Shown here: positions 41,137 through 51,772 of the stretch, piece after piece | Numbering within the stretch: the first letter of the stretch is position 1 | Layout of the letters: the number at the start of each line of letters is the position of its first letter | Assembly (NCBI GenBank): GCA_963762145.1 | Contig: CAVXJS010000019.1 | Location: forward strand, 1 to 64,000 | Length of the DNA: 64,000 nt | Reading direction: 5' to 3' | Source: an uncultured Candidatus Rokubacteria bacterium | GTDB lineage: Bacteria; Methylomirabilota; Methylomirabilia; Rokubacteriales; CSP1-6 | The notes under the pieces: generated by a model | Told to the model about the DNA's origin: nothing | Seen by the model: only the letters and a program-made list of their open reading frames with translations | Databases searched by the model: none | Made by a program: the position numbers and the translations under genes

Positions 41137-42042
41137 CTAGCGGTTCGTGGCGGACGGCTCGTAGGCGCCGGCCCGCTCGTCGCGATGGGTCGGGGCGAGC
41201 TCGGTCGCCGGGTCGCCCGCGACGCGCGTGTGACGCATGACCCGCGCCTCGGAGTAGTCGTACGGCCGGGCCCGATGCAGGACGCAGCGATTGTCCCAGA
41301 TGACCACGTCGCCCGGCTGCCAGCGATGCGCGTACGTTCGCGGCGGGCGGCAGGCGAAGTCGACGAGATCGGACAGAAGCCGCTCCGACTCCGCCTCGTC
41401 GAGGCCCGGGATGGCGTGGGCATGGCGGCCGATGTACAGGGCGGGGCGGCCCGTGACGGGGTGGATCTTCACCAGCGGACGCAGCGGCGCGCCCTTCGTG
41501 TGGAACCCGTAGCCGGCCCCCGGCTGGACCACGTGACCGATCTTGGCCTGGGAGTGATAGAGGGAGTGGTGCGCCGAGAGTCCCGCGATGCGCTGGCGCG
41601 TGGCCTCGTCCAGCGCGTCGTAGGCGGCCCGCATGTCGGCCCACTCGGTCTCGCCCGCGGCGGACGGCACCACCTGGGCCGAGAGCACCGACGCCTTGGC
41701 CGACAGGGGCATGTACGAGCTGTCGGTATGCCAGCCCTCGTTGCCGCGCAACGACTTGAAGCGGTGCTCGTCGGCTCGCATGATCGTTCCGTCGGGCTTC
41801 TGGTTGCTGATGGCCACCGCCCGCTGCTCCGGATCGGGGGCCAGGAGCTCGATGTCGCCGAAGCGATTCGCGAAGGCCACCTGTTCCGCTTCCGTCAGGT
41901 GCTGCCCCGGGAAGACCAGCACCGCATGGTCGTGGAACGCCCGCTCCACCGTCTTCCAGGTCGAGGCGTCCATCCGGGCGAGCTCGAGGTCGGTGACTAC
42001 GGCCCCCAGCGTGGCGGCAAGCGGCGTGACGGTCGGCTCCAT
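41137..42042 (-). CDS. TauD/TfdA family 2OG-Fe(II) dioxygenase
   Basis: WHTDSSY; HRWQPGDVVIWDNRCVLHR. Confidence 0.92.
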   Translation of the reverse strand: MEPTVTPLAATLGAVVTDLELARMDASTWKTVERAFHDHAVLVFPGQHLTEAEQVAFANRFGDIELLAPDPEQRAVAISNQKPDGTIMRADEHRFKSLRGNEGWHTDSSYMPLSAKASVLSAQVVPSAAGETEWADMRAAYDALDEATRQRIAGLSAHHSLYHSQAKIGHVVQPGAGYGFHTKGAPLRPLVKIHPVTGRPALYIGRHAHAIPGLDEAESERLLSDLVDFACRPPRTYAHRWQPGDVVIWDNRCVLHRARPYDYSEARVMRHTRVAGDPATELAPTHRDERAGAYEPSATNR

Positions 42043-42088
42043 GGGATTCCTCCTGGTCTGGCAGGATGCGTCCGGGGACAGCCCGGAG

Positions 42089-45000
42089 TCAAGCACGCGG
42101 GCGTCCGGCGAGCGCGGATTCGGCCCGCCCGAGCCAGAAGCGCATGTCCAGCTCCTTGAAGAGTCCCGCCGCCGGCTCGAGCTGCTCGCGGGCCGCGGCG
42201 GGCTCACCCGCGCCGTGCAGGGCTTCGCCCAGCGCGAGACGGCAGCGGCCGAGGAGCGGCCGAACCGCGAGGGCGCGGGCGATGCCGACGGCCTCCTCGA
42301 GGGCCGCCCGCGCCGGGCCGCCCGCCCCCTCGGCGGACCGGATCTGTCCCAGGACGCGCAGCGCCTCGGCCACGAGCCAGCGCTGATGCTGGGCACGGGC
42401 CATGCCGAGCCCGCGCTCGACATGGGCGAGCGCCTCCGCCGGGCGTCCGGCCAGCGCGCACGCCTCGGCGAGCATGGTCAGGTTCCAGGCGTGAGTCGGG
42501 CGAAGACTCAGCGCGGCCGACTGCGCTGCCGCTTCCGCGAGGAGGGTCACGCCCTCCTCGGCGCGGCCGGACAGGGCATAGGCCTGGCCGAGATCGCTCG
42601 CGACGAGCAGGAAGAGCGGCCCGAAGCTGGCGCGGCGGCAGATCTCCACGCTCCGGCCGAGCCACGAGATCGCGAGCGGGAAGTTGCCCTGGACGAGGTG
42701 CGGCCGGCCGGCGCCCGCATAGGCCACGGCCAGGGAGAGCTCGTGCTGCGCCGCCTCGGCGAGCCGCTCCGCTTCCTGCGCGTGGGTGGACGCCTCCGTG
42801 AAGTCCCCGAGATACGCCAGGGACCACGCCATGAAGGCGTGCGCGGTCGCCGAGCGAAGCGCGGCCCCGCCGGTGGGCTTGCTCTCGGCGCCGGCGACGT
42901 TGCGGGCGAACGCGTCGATGGCCTGGCGGAACTCGCCGAGGCTCAGGTAGGCCTGGCCGAGGCGCAGCGTCGCGATGGCCGCCAGGGTGCGGTCGCCCAG
43001 TGTCCCGGCGATGGCCAGCGCGCGCTGGGCGGAGTCGACCGCCCGATCGGGCTGGCCGGACCACCAGTAGCCCTGGGTCATGTACGCCGCGATCCGGCCG
43101 AGCCTCCGCTGGTCGCCGAGCGCTCCCGCCACGAGCTCCGCCTCGTGGAGCGTCTCGAGCATGCGGACCACCTCGCCGTGCGGCGTCAGCGCATTGTGCA
43201 GGTCCAGCCGGAGGTCCACCTCCTGCTCGTCCCGCTCCTTGCCGGGGGGCAGGTGCCGGAGCGCGTCCAGCGCCTGCTCGGAGCACGCGACGGCTTCCCG
43301 GTAGGCGCTGTGGGCGGCGGCCTTGGCGCCGGCCTTGCGAAAGAGGACCACCGCCTTCTCCCACAGGCCGCCCTGGAGCGCGTGATGAGCCAGCCGGTCC
43401 ACCTGCTCGGCGAGCCGCCCGGTCCCCAGCTGCTCGATGACCGACACCAGGCGCGCGTGGAGCCCGCGGCGCTGGCCGTGCAGCAGCGCGCCGTAGGCGA
43501 CCTCGTGGGTGAGGGCGTGCTTGAACGTGTACTCGAGGTCGGGGAAGAGGCTCGTCTCGTACAGGAACTCGGCGGCCTGCAGGTTGGCCAGCGCCCCGCG
43601 CAGCGGTTCCTCCGGGACGTCCTCGAGCGCCTGGAGGAGGGCGAAGGGCACGTCCTTGCCGATGACCGAGGCCGACTGGAGCAGGCGCTTCTCGCGGTCG
43701 GGCAGGCGATCGAGGCGCGCGGCGAGAATGGACTGCACCGTCGCCGGCATCTGGATGCCCGCCAGCGGCCGCGCCGCGCGGTACTGCCCCCGTTCGCCCG
43801 CCAGCGCGCCGGTCTCGACCAGCGTCCGCACGCTCTCCTCCAGGAAGAAGGGATTGCCGTCCGTGCGCTCGATCAGGAGGCGCTGGAGCGGAGCCAGATC
43901 GGGCTCGACTCCGAGCAGCGCCCGCAGCAGCTCGTCCGCGCTCTCGCGCGCGAGCGTGTGGAGGACCAGACGTGTGTAGTAGGTCTTGCCGCCCCAGCCG
44001 TCCTGGTACTCCGGCCGGAAGTTGGCCAGCAGGACGATCCGCGCGCGTGGCATGCGCTCGACGAGGCCGTCGAGCAGCGCTTGCGTCTCACGGTCCACCC
44101 ACTGGAGATCCTCGAGGACCAGGAGCAGCGGCTGGCGCTGGCTCTCGCGCAGCAGGAGCGCGCGGACCGCGTCGAGCGTGCGCTGGCGGCGCAGCGCGGG
44201 ATCGAGCCCCTGCCACCGCGCGTCGTCGGCAGAGACGTCGAGCAGGGCCAGCAAAGCGGGGAGGTCCGGCTCGAGTGCCGGATCGAGCGTGCGCAGCCCG
44301 TCCTGAACCTTGGCGTGAATCTCGCGCGCGCCGTCGCGCGCCTCGAGCTGGAAATAGCCCTTGAGCAGGTCCGTGATCGGCAGGTACGGCGTGGCCTTGC
44401 CGTAGGATACCGACCGGCCTTCGAGGACGAGCCACTGGGGCCGTGACACGGTCTGCATGAGCTCGTGGAAGAGCCGCGACTTGCCGACCCCGGGCTCGCC
44501 CACCACGGCCACGACCTGGCCCCGGCCCGCCTCCGCCCGCTCGAGCGTTTCGTGGAGCCGGTCGAGCTCGGCGGCGCGCCCCACGAAGCGGGAGAGCCCC
44601 CGCCGCGTCGAGGCCTGCAGCCGCGAGCGCACCATTCCGACCCCGGTGACCTCGAAGACCTCGATGGGAGCCTCCATGCCCTTGACCGGCAGGGAGCCGA
44701 GCGACCGCGTCTCGACGTAGCCCTCGGCGAAGCGGAGAGTCTCGGCGGTGGTCAGCACCGCGCCGGGCGTGGCCATCTGCTCCATCCGCGCGGCCAGGTG
44801 CGTGGTTTGGCCGACCGCGGTGTAGCTCATGCGCAGATCGTTGCCGACGGAGCGCACCACGACCTCGCCGGAGTTGAGTCCGACGCGGATCTGGATCGGG
44901 ATGCCCTCGGTCCGGCGCACGTCTTCGGCGTGACGCTTGACCGACTCCTGCATGCGAATCGCCGCGTAGCAGGCCCGCACCGCGTGATCCTCGTGGGCGA

Positions 45001-45442
45001 GCGGGGCGCCGAAGAGCGCCATGATCCCGTCGCCCATGACCTGATTGACCGTGCCCTCGTAATGATGAACCGCCTCGATCATGCGCTCGAGGACGGGGTC
45101 GAGAATCTTGCGCGCCTCTTCGGGATCGCGGTCCGCCAGGAGCTCCAGCGAGCTCTGGAGATCGGCGAAGAGGACGGTCACCTGCTTGCGCTCGCCCTCG
45201 AGGGCGCTCTTCGAGGTGAGGATGCGCTCGGCGAGGTGCCGGGGCGTGTACGCCTCGGGCGAGGCGAAGCGCGCCCGGCCGGCGGCATTCGCGTCCACCG
45301 GCCGACCGCACTGCCCGCAGAAGCGGACGCCCTCGGCGAGCTCGACGCCGCACGAGCCGCACGAGAGCGTGAGCCGCGCGCCGCACTCGGTGCAGAAACG
45401 CCTCGAGGCGGGCGTGTCGTGCTGGCAGCGCGGACAGTGCAT
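42089..45442 (-). CDS. Double zinc ribbon - class III adenylate/guanylate cyclase - AAA ATPase - TPR protein
   Basis: 4 CxxC; VTVLFADL, GDGIMALFG; GEPGVGKS; TPR-like helices. Confidence 0.92.
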   Translation of the reverse strand: MHCPRCQHDTPASRRFCTECGARLTLSCGSCGVELAEGVRFCGQCGRPVDANAAGRARFASPEAYTPRHLAERILTSKSALEGERKQVTVLFADLQSSLELLADRDPEEARKILDPVLERMIEAVHHYEGTVNQVMGDGIMALFGAPLAHEDHAVRACYAAIRMQESVKRHAEDVRRTEGIPIQIRVGLNSGEVVVRSVGNDLRMSYTAVGQTTHLAARMEQMATPGAVLTTAETLRFAEGYVETRSLGSLPVKGMEAPIEVFEVTGVGMVRSRLQASTRRGLSRFVGRAAELDRLHETLERAEAGRGQVVAVVGEPGVGKSRLFHELMQTVSRPQWLVLEGRSVSYGKATPYLPITDLLKGYFQLEARDGAREIHAKVQDGLRTLDPALEPDLPALLALLDVSADDARWQGLDPALRRQRTLDAVRALLLRESQRQPLLLVLEDLQWVDRETQALLDGLVERMPRARIVLLANFRPEYQDGWGGKTYYTRLVLHTLARESADELLRALLGVEPDLAPLQRLLIERTDGNPFFLEESVRTLVETGALAGERGQYRAARPLAGIQMPATVQSILAARLDRLPDREKRLLQSASVIGKDVPFALLQALEDVPEEPLRGALANLQAAEFLYETSLFPDLEYTFKHALTHEVAYGALLHGQRRGLHARLVSVIEQLGTGRLAEQVDRLAHHALQGGLWEKAVVLFRKAGAKAAAHSAYREAVACSEQALDALRHLPPGKERDEQEVDLRLDLHNALTPHGEVVRMLETLHEAELVAGALGDQRRLGRIAAYMTQGYWWSGQPDRAVDSAQRALAIAGTLGDRTLAAIATLRLGQAYLSLGEFRQAIDAFARNVAGAESKPTGGAALRSATAHAFMAWSLAYLGDFTEASTHAQEAERLAEAAQHELSLAVAYAGAGRPHLVQGNFPLAISWLGRSVEICRRASFGPLFLLVASDLGQAYALSGRAEEGVTLLAEAAAQSAALSLRPTHAWNLTMLAEACALAGRPAEALAHVERGLGMARAQHQRWLVAEALRVLGQIRSAEGAGGPARAALEEAVGIARALAVRPLLGRCRLALGEALHGAGEPAAAREQLEPAAGLFKELDMRFWLGRAESALAGRPRA

Positions 45443-45553
45443 GGCGCAATCCCTCGGCGCGCGCCGTGAAGAGGGCGGGTCGCGCCCACGAGAGTAGCCC
45501 GCGCGGGTCCGAGGGGTCAACACTCCGCGCCCTTCTGCTATACTTCCGTCGCT

Positions 45554-46717
45554 GTGAACCGACGCAACCTCCTGTTCGAGCTGCTTCCCAGGACGCGGTA
45601 CGGGGAGCTGACCGTCGTGACGCCGGAGGGAACGTCTCGCCGCTTCGCCGGCGATCGGGAAGGCGAGCGGGCGACCTTCATCCTGAAGGACTGGCGGGCC
45701 ATCGACGCGATCCTGAGGCGCGGGGACATCGGCCTCGGCGAGTCGTACATGGCGAACCTCTGGGAGACCCCCGATCTCAAGAGCTTCCTGACCTTCTGCC
45801 AGCGCAACCGGGACGAGTTCGCCCGGCTGACGCGCTTCGACCTGGTGAACACGCTGCTCTCGCGGGTCGCGCGGTTCACCAGCACCAACTCCTTTACCGG
45901 GAGCCGGAAGAACATCGCGGCCAGCTACGACTATCCCGCCGGGCTCTACCAGTCCTACACGGACCGCATGATGACGTACTCGAGCGGCTGGTGGGACGGC
46001 CAGGAGATGTCGCTCGACGACGCCCAGGTCAACAAGTACGACCGGATCCTGAGTCGGCTCGGGCCGCCGCCGCAGCATATTCTGGAGATGGGGTGCGGCT
46101 GGGGCTACTTCCTCAAGCTCGCCGCCTCGCGCGGCTACCGGATCACCGGCTGCACGGTGTCGCAGCGCCAGTACGAGTATGCGCGGGACCTGAACGAGAA
46201 GGAGATCGCGGCCGGGCAGGTGATCCTCCTGCTGGAGGACTACCGGAACATGCCCGGCGAGTACGACGCGGTCATGTCCACCGGCTTCTTCGAGCACGTG
46301 GGATCGCAGTACTGGGTCGAGCATTTCCGCAAGGTGAAGCAGTACCTGAAGCCGGGCGGCGTGGCGATGACCCAGACCATGCTGTGCAACCGATTCGACC
46401 CCAGGAACGGCAGGGCCTTGAACTTCTTCTCCAAGTACATCTTCCCGGGGGGCGAGTTCCCGTCGGTGGGGACGTTCATCGTCGCGGCCGAGGAGGCCGG
46501 CCTGCGGTGCGAGGAGCAGCTCGCGTTCGGCCAGGACTATGCCCGGACCATGGAGGAGTGCTGGACGCGCTTCCACCGGAACCTGGCCGACGTGCGGAGG
46601 CTCGGCTACGACCAGGAGTTCATCCGCAAATGGGAGTTCTTCCTCGCGGGCTGGTACGCCATGTTCAAGTCCGGTCACTACAACGTCATGCAGGCCAAGC
46701 TGGTGCACTACCCATGA
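45554..46717 (+). CDS. Cyclopropane fatty acyl phospholipid synthase-like SAM methyltransferase
   Basis: GLGESYM; MTYSSG; ILEMGCGWG; FEHVG; KYIFPGG. Confidence 0.85.
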   Translation: MNRRNLLFELLPRTRYGELTVVTPEGTSRRFAGDREGERATFILKDWRAIDAILRRGDIGLGESYMANLWETPDLKSFLTFCQRNRDEFARLTRFDLVNTLLSRVARFTSTNSFTGSRKNIAASYDYPAGLYQSYTDRMMTYSSGWWDGQEMSLDDAQVNKYDRILSRLGPPPQHILEMGCGWGYFLKLAASRGYRITGCTVSQRQYEYARDLNEKEIAAGQVILLLEDYRNMPGEYDAVMSTGFFEHVGSQYWVEHFRKVKQYLKPGGVAMTQTMLCNRFDPRNGRALNFFSKYIFPGGEFPSVGTFIVAAEEAGLRCEEQLAFGQDYARTMEECWTRFHRNLADVRRLGYDQEFIRKWEFFLAGWYAMFKSGHYNVMQAKLVHYP

Positions 46718-46727
46718 GGAGATCCGA

Positions 46728-48329
46728 GTGAACCGGTGGCGATCGACGACGACCGCGCTTCTCCTCGTGGCGGGCCTGACGGGTCCGCCCTTCCCGCTGC
46801 TCGCGCAGACCCCCAAGCCCGGCGGCGTGCTCACCGTGATGCAGCGGGAAGAGCTGCCGCAGGGCCTGTCGATCCTCGAGACCTCGACGATCGCGACGGT
46901 GTGGCCCGCCTCGCCGTGCTTCAACAACCTGGTCTACTTCGATCCGGCCAAGCCCATGGAGACGCCCGACACCATCGTGGGCGAGCTGGCCGAGAAGTGG
47001 TCCTGGCAGGACGGCTACCGGAACCTGGTCTTCTTCCTGCGACGGGACGTGAAGTGGCACGACGGCCGGCCCTTCACCGCGCGCGACGTGAAGTTCACGT
47101 TCGACGTGGTGCGCGAGGCTCCCGACGCGCCGGCGAAGCTGCGTCTCAACCCGCGGAAGGACTGGTACGCCAACGTCGAGGCCATCGAGGCGGCGGATGC
47201 CTACACGGTCGTCTTCCGGCTCAAGCGGCCCCAGCCCTCCATCCTGATGATGCTGGCCTCGGGGCAATCGCCGGTCTATCCGGCCCACGTGCCGATCGCC
47301 GAGCAGCGCAACCGCTGCGTGGGCACCGGGCCGTTCAAGTTCAAGGAGTGGCGTCGGGGCGAGTTCGTGGAGTTCGTGAAGAATCCGGACTACTTCGTCA
47401 AGGGCCGCCCGTATCTGGACGGCCTCAAGTACGTGATCATCAGCGAGCGCGGGACCCGGACCGCCGCGCTCCAGACCGGCCGGCTCGACACCTCGGCGCC
47501 GGGCGAGATCACCAAGAACATCGCCGATCAGCTGAAAGCCGCGGTGCCCGGGATGGTGATCACCCGGGTCGGGTCGCTCACCTCGCCGAACCTGCTCGTC
47601 AACCACGCGCGGGCGCCCTTCAACGACGCGCGGGTCCGGCGCGCGGTGGACCTCGCCGTCGATCGCGACGGCTACATCAAGGGCGTGCTGCAGGGCGCCG
47701 GGGTGTCCGGGGCGCCGCTGGTGCCGCGGCCCTTCGGCTCGTGGGGCCTCAACGAGGGCGAGATCGTGGGCATCCTGGGACGCCCGGAGGGCCGCAAGGC
47801 CGCCGCGCGGAAGCTCCTCGACGAGGCCGGCTACGGCCCCGCGACCCCGCTCCGCTTCGAGGCGCACACGCGCGGCATCGCCACCTACGTGGACCTGGCC
47901 TCCTACGTGGTCAGCGAGCTGAAGCTGGTGGGGGTGGACATCACGGTCAAGCAGCTCGACAGCGTGCAGTGGTACGGGGTCACCACCCGCAAGGAGTTCC
48001 AGCTCGGCATCAACATCTCGGGCTACGGGGTGGACGATCCCGACGCGATCCTGTTCGAGAACTACACGTGCACCGCGCTGCGGAACTACACCAGCTACTG
48101 CGACGAGGGCGTGTCGCGCCTGATCGACCAGCAGTCGCAGGAGCTGGACCCGAAGAAGCGGCTGGCCCTCGTTCACGAGATCCAGCGGAAGCTCACCGAG
48201 GCGGGCGCCCGTCCGACGGTGTCCTGGGGCATCGATCACTTCACCCACTGGCCCCACGTGAAGGGCCTGGTGCCGCATCACTCGCTCTACAGCTTCGGCC
48301 GGATGCAGAACGTCTGGCTGGATCGCTAG
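46728..48329 (+). CDS. Peptide ABC substrate-binding protein (family 5), orphan
   Basis: LRRDVKWHDG; GTGPFKF; PFNDARVRRA. Confidence 0.9.
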   Translation: MNRWRSTTTALLLVAGLTGPPFPLLAQTPKPGGVLTVMQREELPQGLSILETSTIATVWPASPCFNNLVYFDPAKPMETPDTIVGELAEKWSWQDGYRNLVFFLRRDVKWHDGRPFTARDVKFTFDVVREAPDAPAKLRLNPRKDWYANVEAIEAADAYTVVFRLKRPQPSILMMLASGQSPVYPAHVPIAEQRNRCVGTGPFKFKEWRRGEFVEFVKNPDYFVKGRPYLDGLKYVIISERGTRTAALQTGRLDTSAPGEITKNIADQLKAAVPGMVITRVGSLTSPNLLVNHARAPFNDARVRRAVDLAVDRDGYIKGVLQGAGVSGAPLVPRPFGSWGLNEGEIVGILGRPEGRKAAARKLLDEAGYGPATPLRFEAHTRGIATYVDLASYVVSELKLVGVDITVKQLDSVQWYGVTTRKEFQLGINISGYGVDDPDAILFENYTCTALRNYTSYCDEGVSRLIDQQSQELDPKKRLALVHEIQRKLTEAGARPTVSWGIDHFTHWPHVKGLVPHHSLYSFGRMQNVWLDR

Positions 48330-48335
48330 CGCGAC

Positions 48336-49682
48336 TCAGCCCTCGATCAGCTCCACCCGGAACAGCGCGCCCGGATCCTCGACCGCGACCAGGTGGTGGA
48401 TCGTGAACTCGTAGGCCTCACCCGCGCGCAGGTCGGAGGGCGAGAAGGGGAACGCGAGGTTGCCCGCGATCGCCTGGCGGCCGGGATAGGTCACGTGCAA
48501 GGCCACCGAGCGCGCCAGGGCCAGGACGGCGGCGGAGGTCTCGGGGTCGTCGGCGATCACCTCGATGATGAGGCCGATCTCGTGGGGCCGCCCGTGGCGC
48601 ACCGGCTCGAGCGGGCCCATGACGCCGTCGCGGCCGTAGACGTGGAACATGAGCCGATAGCCGTCGGGGTAGGTGTCGGCGACGCGCGTGCGCACGTTGG
48701 CGAGGTAGGCGTCGAGGTTGGCGATGAGCTGGGGCTCGCGTACGCCCGCGATGGACAGCGTGCGGAAGCCGACGCGCGTGACGCCTTCGAGCTTGAGCGT
48801 CGGGGTGGCGGCGGGGACGAAGCGCGTGCCGGACACCCGCACCGCGCGATCCCCGGAAGGCTCGAAGCGCGTGGCCTTGAGGTCGATGTGCCCGTGGGGC
48901 AGGTGGAGCTCGTAGGGATTGGCCCGCTCGTAGAGCGAGTGCGCGGCCACCGAGGCCACCGTGCAGACCTTGTCCGGGTTCGGCGGCTCGACCGTGAAGG
49001 CGTCGTCCTCGATGACGCCGAGCAGGCTGTCCGAGCCGTGCCGCGGATAGGCGGCGGCCCCGCCGCATTCGAGGATCTTGCCCATGTGCAGCGCCAGGCC
49101 CGGGTCGAAGCCGGCCCGGATGGGAAAGGCCGCGATGACCGCGGCGTCGCACGCGCGCCCGGCGATGACCACCTCCGCGCCGGCGTCGAGGGCGGCCAGG
49201 AACGGCTCCACGCCCATCTGGGCCACGATGCGCGCGGCCCCATCCACGTCGGCGGCGGTCAGCGCGCGGTCGTGGTCGAGCGGGCGCACCCGGCCGCCCG
49301 CGACCTGCGTCCGCAGCCAGCCGCGATCCACCTCGGCGTCGATCACCGCGGTGCGGAAGCGGTAGCCCCGCTCGCGGCAGAGCTCGCGGTAGAGATCGAG
49401 CGTCCACTCCAGGTGCGGGCGGCCGCCACCCCCGCCCGCGGAGCCGATCAGCACCGGGATGCGCCGGTCGCGCGCGGCGTCGAGGATCATGGTGAGATCG
49501 CGCTTGGCCGCGCGGCGGTTGACGAACGGCACGCCCGCGCCCAGGTAGTAGGGACCGGGATCGGTCGAGCCGGCGTCGAGCGCGAGGACCGCCGGGTCGC
49601 GGGCGAGGCCGCGCTCCATGGAGCGGGCGGGTATGCCGTAGCCGAGCATGCCGAGCGGTGCCAGGACGGTCATCGGCTGCAT
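48336..49682 (-). CDS. AtuA/DUF1446-like (acyclic terpene utilisation family) protein
   Basis: DAGSTDPGPYYLG; AQMG; GRACD; HMGKILECG; AAHSLYE. Confidence 0.8.
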   Translation of the reverse strand: MQPMTVLAPLGMLGYGIPARSMERGLARDPAVLALDAGSTDPGPYYLGAGVPFVNRRAAKRDLTMILDAARDRRIPVLIGSAGGGGGRPHLEWTLDLYRELCRERGYRFRTAVIDAEVDRGWLRTQVAGGRVRPLDHDRALTAADVDGAARIVAQMGVEPFLAALDAGAEVVIAGRACDAAVIAAFPIRAGFDPGLALHMGKILECGGAAAYPRHGSDSLLGVIEDDAFTVEPPNPDKVCTVASVAAHSLYERANPYELHLPHGHIDLKATRFEPSGDRAVRVSGTRFVPAATPTLKLEGVTRVGFRTLSIAGVREPQLIANLDAYLANVRTRVADTYPDGYRLMFHVYGRDGVMGPLEPVRHGRPHEIGLIIEVIADDPETSAAVLALARSVALHVTYPGRQAIAGNLAFPFSPSDLRAGEAYEFTIHHLVAVEDPGALFRVELIEG

Positions 49683-49693
49683 GGAGAGCTCCC

Positions 49694-50020
49694 TCAGACG
49701 GGATCCGGCCACGGGATCGCGTGGCCGGCGAGCGGGACGTGCTGCTGCGCTCCGTACACGTCGGTCTCCCCGACCGCGCCGGAGGGCCACGGGCGGCGCA
49801 GCGTGATCTTCACCGCGAACGCCGGCTCGAACTCGATGATGTCGACGACGTCGTCGGGCGAGATGCCGTAGAGGCCGGCCACCGTGGCGCGGTCGAGCGG
49901 CTGCCCGGCCACGAACCGGCGGTAGGTCGCCTCGTCCGGGAAGACGATGTCGAGGGTGAGGAGGAACGGCCCCGCATTCTTGCTCGTCACGAACGTGGCG
50001 ATCTCGCCGATGGTCTTCAT
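49694..50020 (-). CDS. DUF4387-like small protein
   Basis: SKNAGPFLLTLDI ... DVYGAQQH. Confidence 0.8.
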   Translation of the reverse strand: MKTIGEIATFVTSKNAGPFLLTLDIVFPDEATYRRFVAGQPLDRATVAGLYGISPDDVVDIIEFEPAFAVKITLRRPWPSGAVGETDVYGAQQHVPLAGHAIPWPDPV

Positions 50021-50073
50021 CGCGAGGCCATCGCACCACTCCGGCCCTGCGCTGTCAAGAGACGGGCGGCGCC

Positions 50074-51492
50074 TCAGTCCGGAAGCGGCGGGCGCCGCGC
50101 GTGCCACTCGGTGGCGCGCTCGTAGGCGCGGGCCGCGCGGAGCAGCGTCGCCTCGGCGAGACGCCGGGCGATGAGCTGCAGGCCGATCGGCAGCCCGCCG
50201 GTCGTGAATCCGCAGGGCAGGGAGAGCGCGGGCACGCCGGCCAGGCTCGCGGGCGTGGTGTAGGAGCGCCGGTTGAAGAAACGCCGCCCCGCCTCGGCGC
50301 GCGAGGTGATCGGGGCCTGGGCGCTGGCGATCGGCGGGGCCGGCGTGGGCCCGGTGGGCGCCAGCAGCACGTCGAAGCGCGTCAGCGCGCCCTCGACCTG
50401 CGCGCGGATCGCCCCGCGGGCCCGCGCGGCCTGCTGGCCGAGCGTGGCGGGCAGCAGCGCCGCGGTGACGAGCCGTCGGCGCGTGCCGGGATCGTACTCG
50501 TCGCCCCGGGTGGCCAGGGTGCGGTGATGCCAGGCCGCCGCCTCGCCGTCCGCCAGCGCCATGAAGACCGCGCCGGCCAGGGGCAGCAGCGGCAGGGCGA
50601 CGTCCTCCACCCGTGCGCCGAGGCGACGGAGCGTCTCGGCGGCCTCGCGGACCGCGGCGCGGACGGCGGCGTCGGTGTCCGGACTGTCGACGAGCTGGGT
50701 GACGACGCCGATCGAGAGGCCGGCGACGCCCCGCTCGAGCTCTCCCCGCGGGTCGGAGGGCGCGGCCTGCGCCCACCGGTCGTGGCCGTCGGGGCCCGCG
50801 ATGATCGAGAGGAGCAGCGCCGCGTCCTCCACCGAGCGGGTCAACGGGCCCGGCGCGTCCATCGACCACGCCACCGGCACGCAGCCCGAGCGCGGGACCA
50901 GGCCCCAGGTGGGCCGGAGCCCGACGGCGCCGCACCACGAGGCCGGGCTTCGCACGGAGCCGCCGGTGTCCTCGCCGAGGGTAGCCGCGGCGAGCGCGGC
51001 CGCGGCCGCGATGCCGGAGCCGGAGGAGGACCCGCCCGTCTCGCGCGTCTGATCCCATGGGTTGCGCGGCTGGCCGAAGGGGTGGGTGAGCGTGCCGCCC
51101 AGCGCGAACTCGGTGAGGTTCAGCTTGCCGAGCAGGATCCCGCCCGCCGCGCGGAGGCGCGCCACCACCGTCGCGTCCTCGATCGGCACGCGGTCGGCGT
51201 GAAGCCGCGAGCCCGAGGTGGTGCGCACGCCCGCGGTGTCGAACTGGTCCTTCACCGCGAACGGCACCCCGTGGAGCGGCCCGAGCGCCGCGCCGCGGGC
51301 GAGCGCCTGTTCCGCGGCCCGGGCCTCCGCGAGCGCACTCTCCCGACAGACCGTGACGTACGCGTGGAGGGTGGCATCCCAGCGGTCGATGCGCGCGAGG
51401 TAGGCCTGCACCACCTCCACCGGCGAGACCGAGCGCGCGCGGATGAGCCCGGCCAGCTCGGCCGCGGTCCGATAGGCGAGATCCGTGGTCAT
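50074..51492 (-). CDS. Amidase signature family enzyme (GatA/AtzE-like)
   Basis: VKD; GGSSSGS; EDTGGSVRSPA. Confidence 0.92.
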   Translation of the reverse strand: MTTDLAYRTAAELAGLIRARSVSPVEVVQAYLARIDRWDATLHAYVTVCRESALAEARAAEQALARGAALGPLHGVPFAVKDQFDTAGVRTTSGSRLHADRVPIEDATVVARLRAAGGILLGKLNLTEFALGGTLTHPFGQPRNPWDQTRETGGSSSGSGIAAAAALAAATLGEDTGGSVRSPASWCGAVGLRPTWGLVPRSGCVPVAWSMDAPGPLTRSVEDAALLLSIIAGPDGHDRWAQAAPSDPRGELERGVAGLSIGVVTQLVDSPDTDAAVRAAVREAAETLRRLGARVEDVALPLLPLAGAVFMALADGEAAAWHHRTLATRGDEYDPGTRRRLVTAALLPATLGQQAARARGAIRAQVEGALTRFDVLLAPTGPTPAPPIASAQAPITSRAEAGRRFFNRRSYTTPASLAGVPALSLPCGFTTGGLPIGLQLIARRLAEATLLRAARAYERATEWHARRPPLPD

Positions 51493-51683
51493 CCGCGGTG
51501 CGGGAGATCGGGCGGCGCGATGGGGGCCGGCTCGGCGCCGGCGAGGTCGAGCGCGGCGAGGCCGCCGAGCACCTCCACGAACGCGTTCAGGCGGTGCGTC
51601 ACCTCGGCCAGGTCGGGGCCGTCGAGCGGCAGGCCGGCGGCGGCGGCGAGCGCGCGGACCTGGTCGGGAGTGAGCTCGATCAT
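51489..51683 (-). CDS. GatC/AtzG-like small amidase partner
   Basis: 64 aa, LTPDQVRALAAAAGL...LDLAGAEP; overlaps the amidase start. Confidence 0.7.
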   Translation of the reverse strand: MIELTPDQVRALAAAAGLPLDGPDLAEVTHRLNAFVEVLGGLAALDLAGAEPAPIAPPDLPHRG

Positions 51684-51772
51684 GCGGGCCGATCCTACCG
51701 GCCGGCGGCGGTGGGGACAACCTCGTTCACGCGCGCCCGGCTGGGGGGCGCTGCTCGCCACGCCGGCGCGCG

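Noticed and set aside
41633-44446. Very long antisense or alternate-frame ORFs (937 aa here; also 8178-10061, 50101-51942 and others)
   Set aside because: Shadow ORFs typical of high-GC DNA, overlapping well-supported genes and lacking recognisable motifs.
45443-46927. N-terminal ~500-aa extension of the cyclase ORF (1612 aa)
   Set aside because: It is antisense to the CFA-like gene; the real protein most likely starts at MHCPRC (45442).
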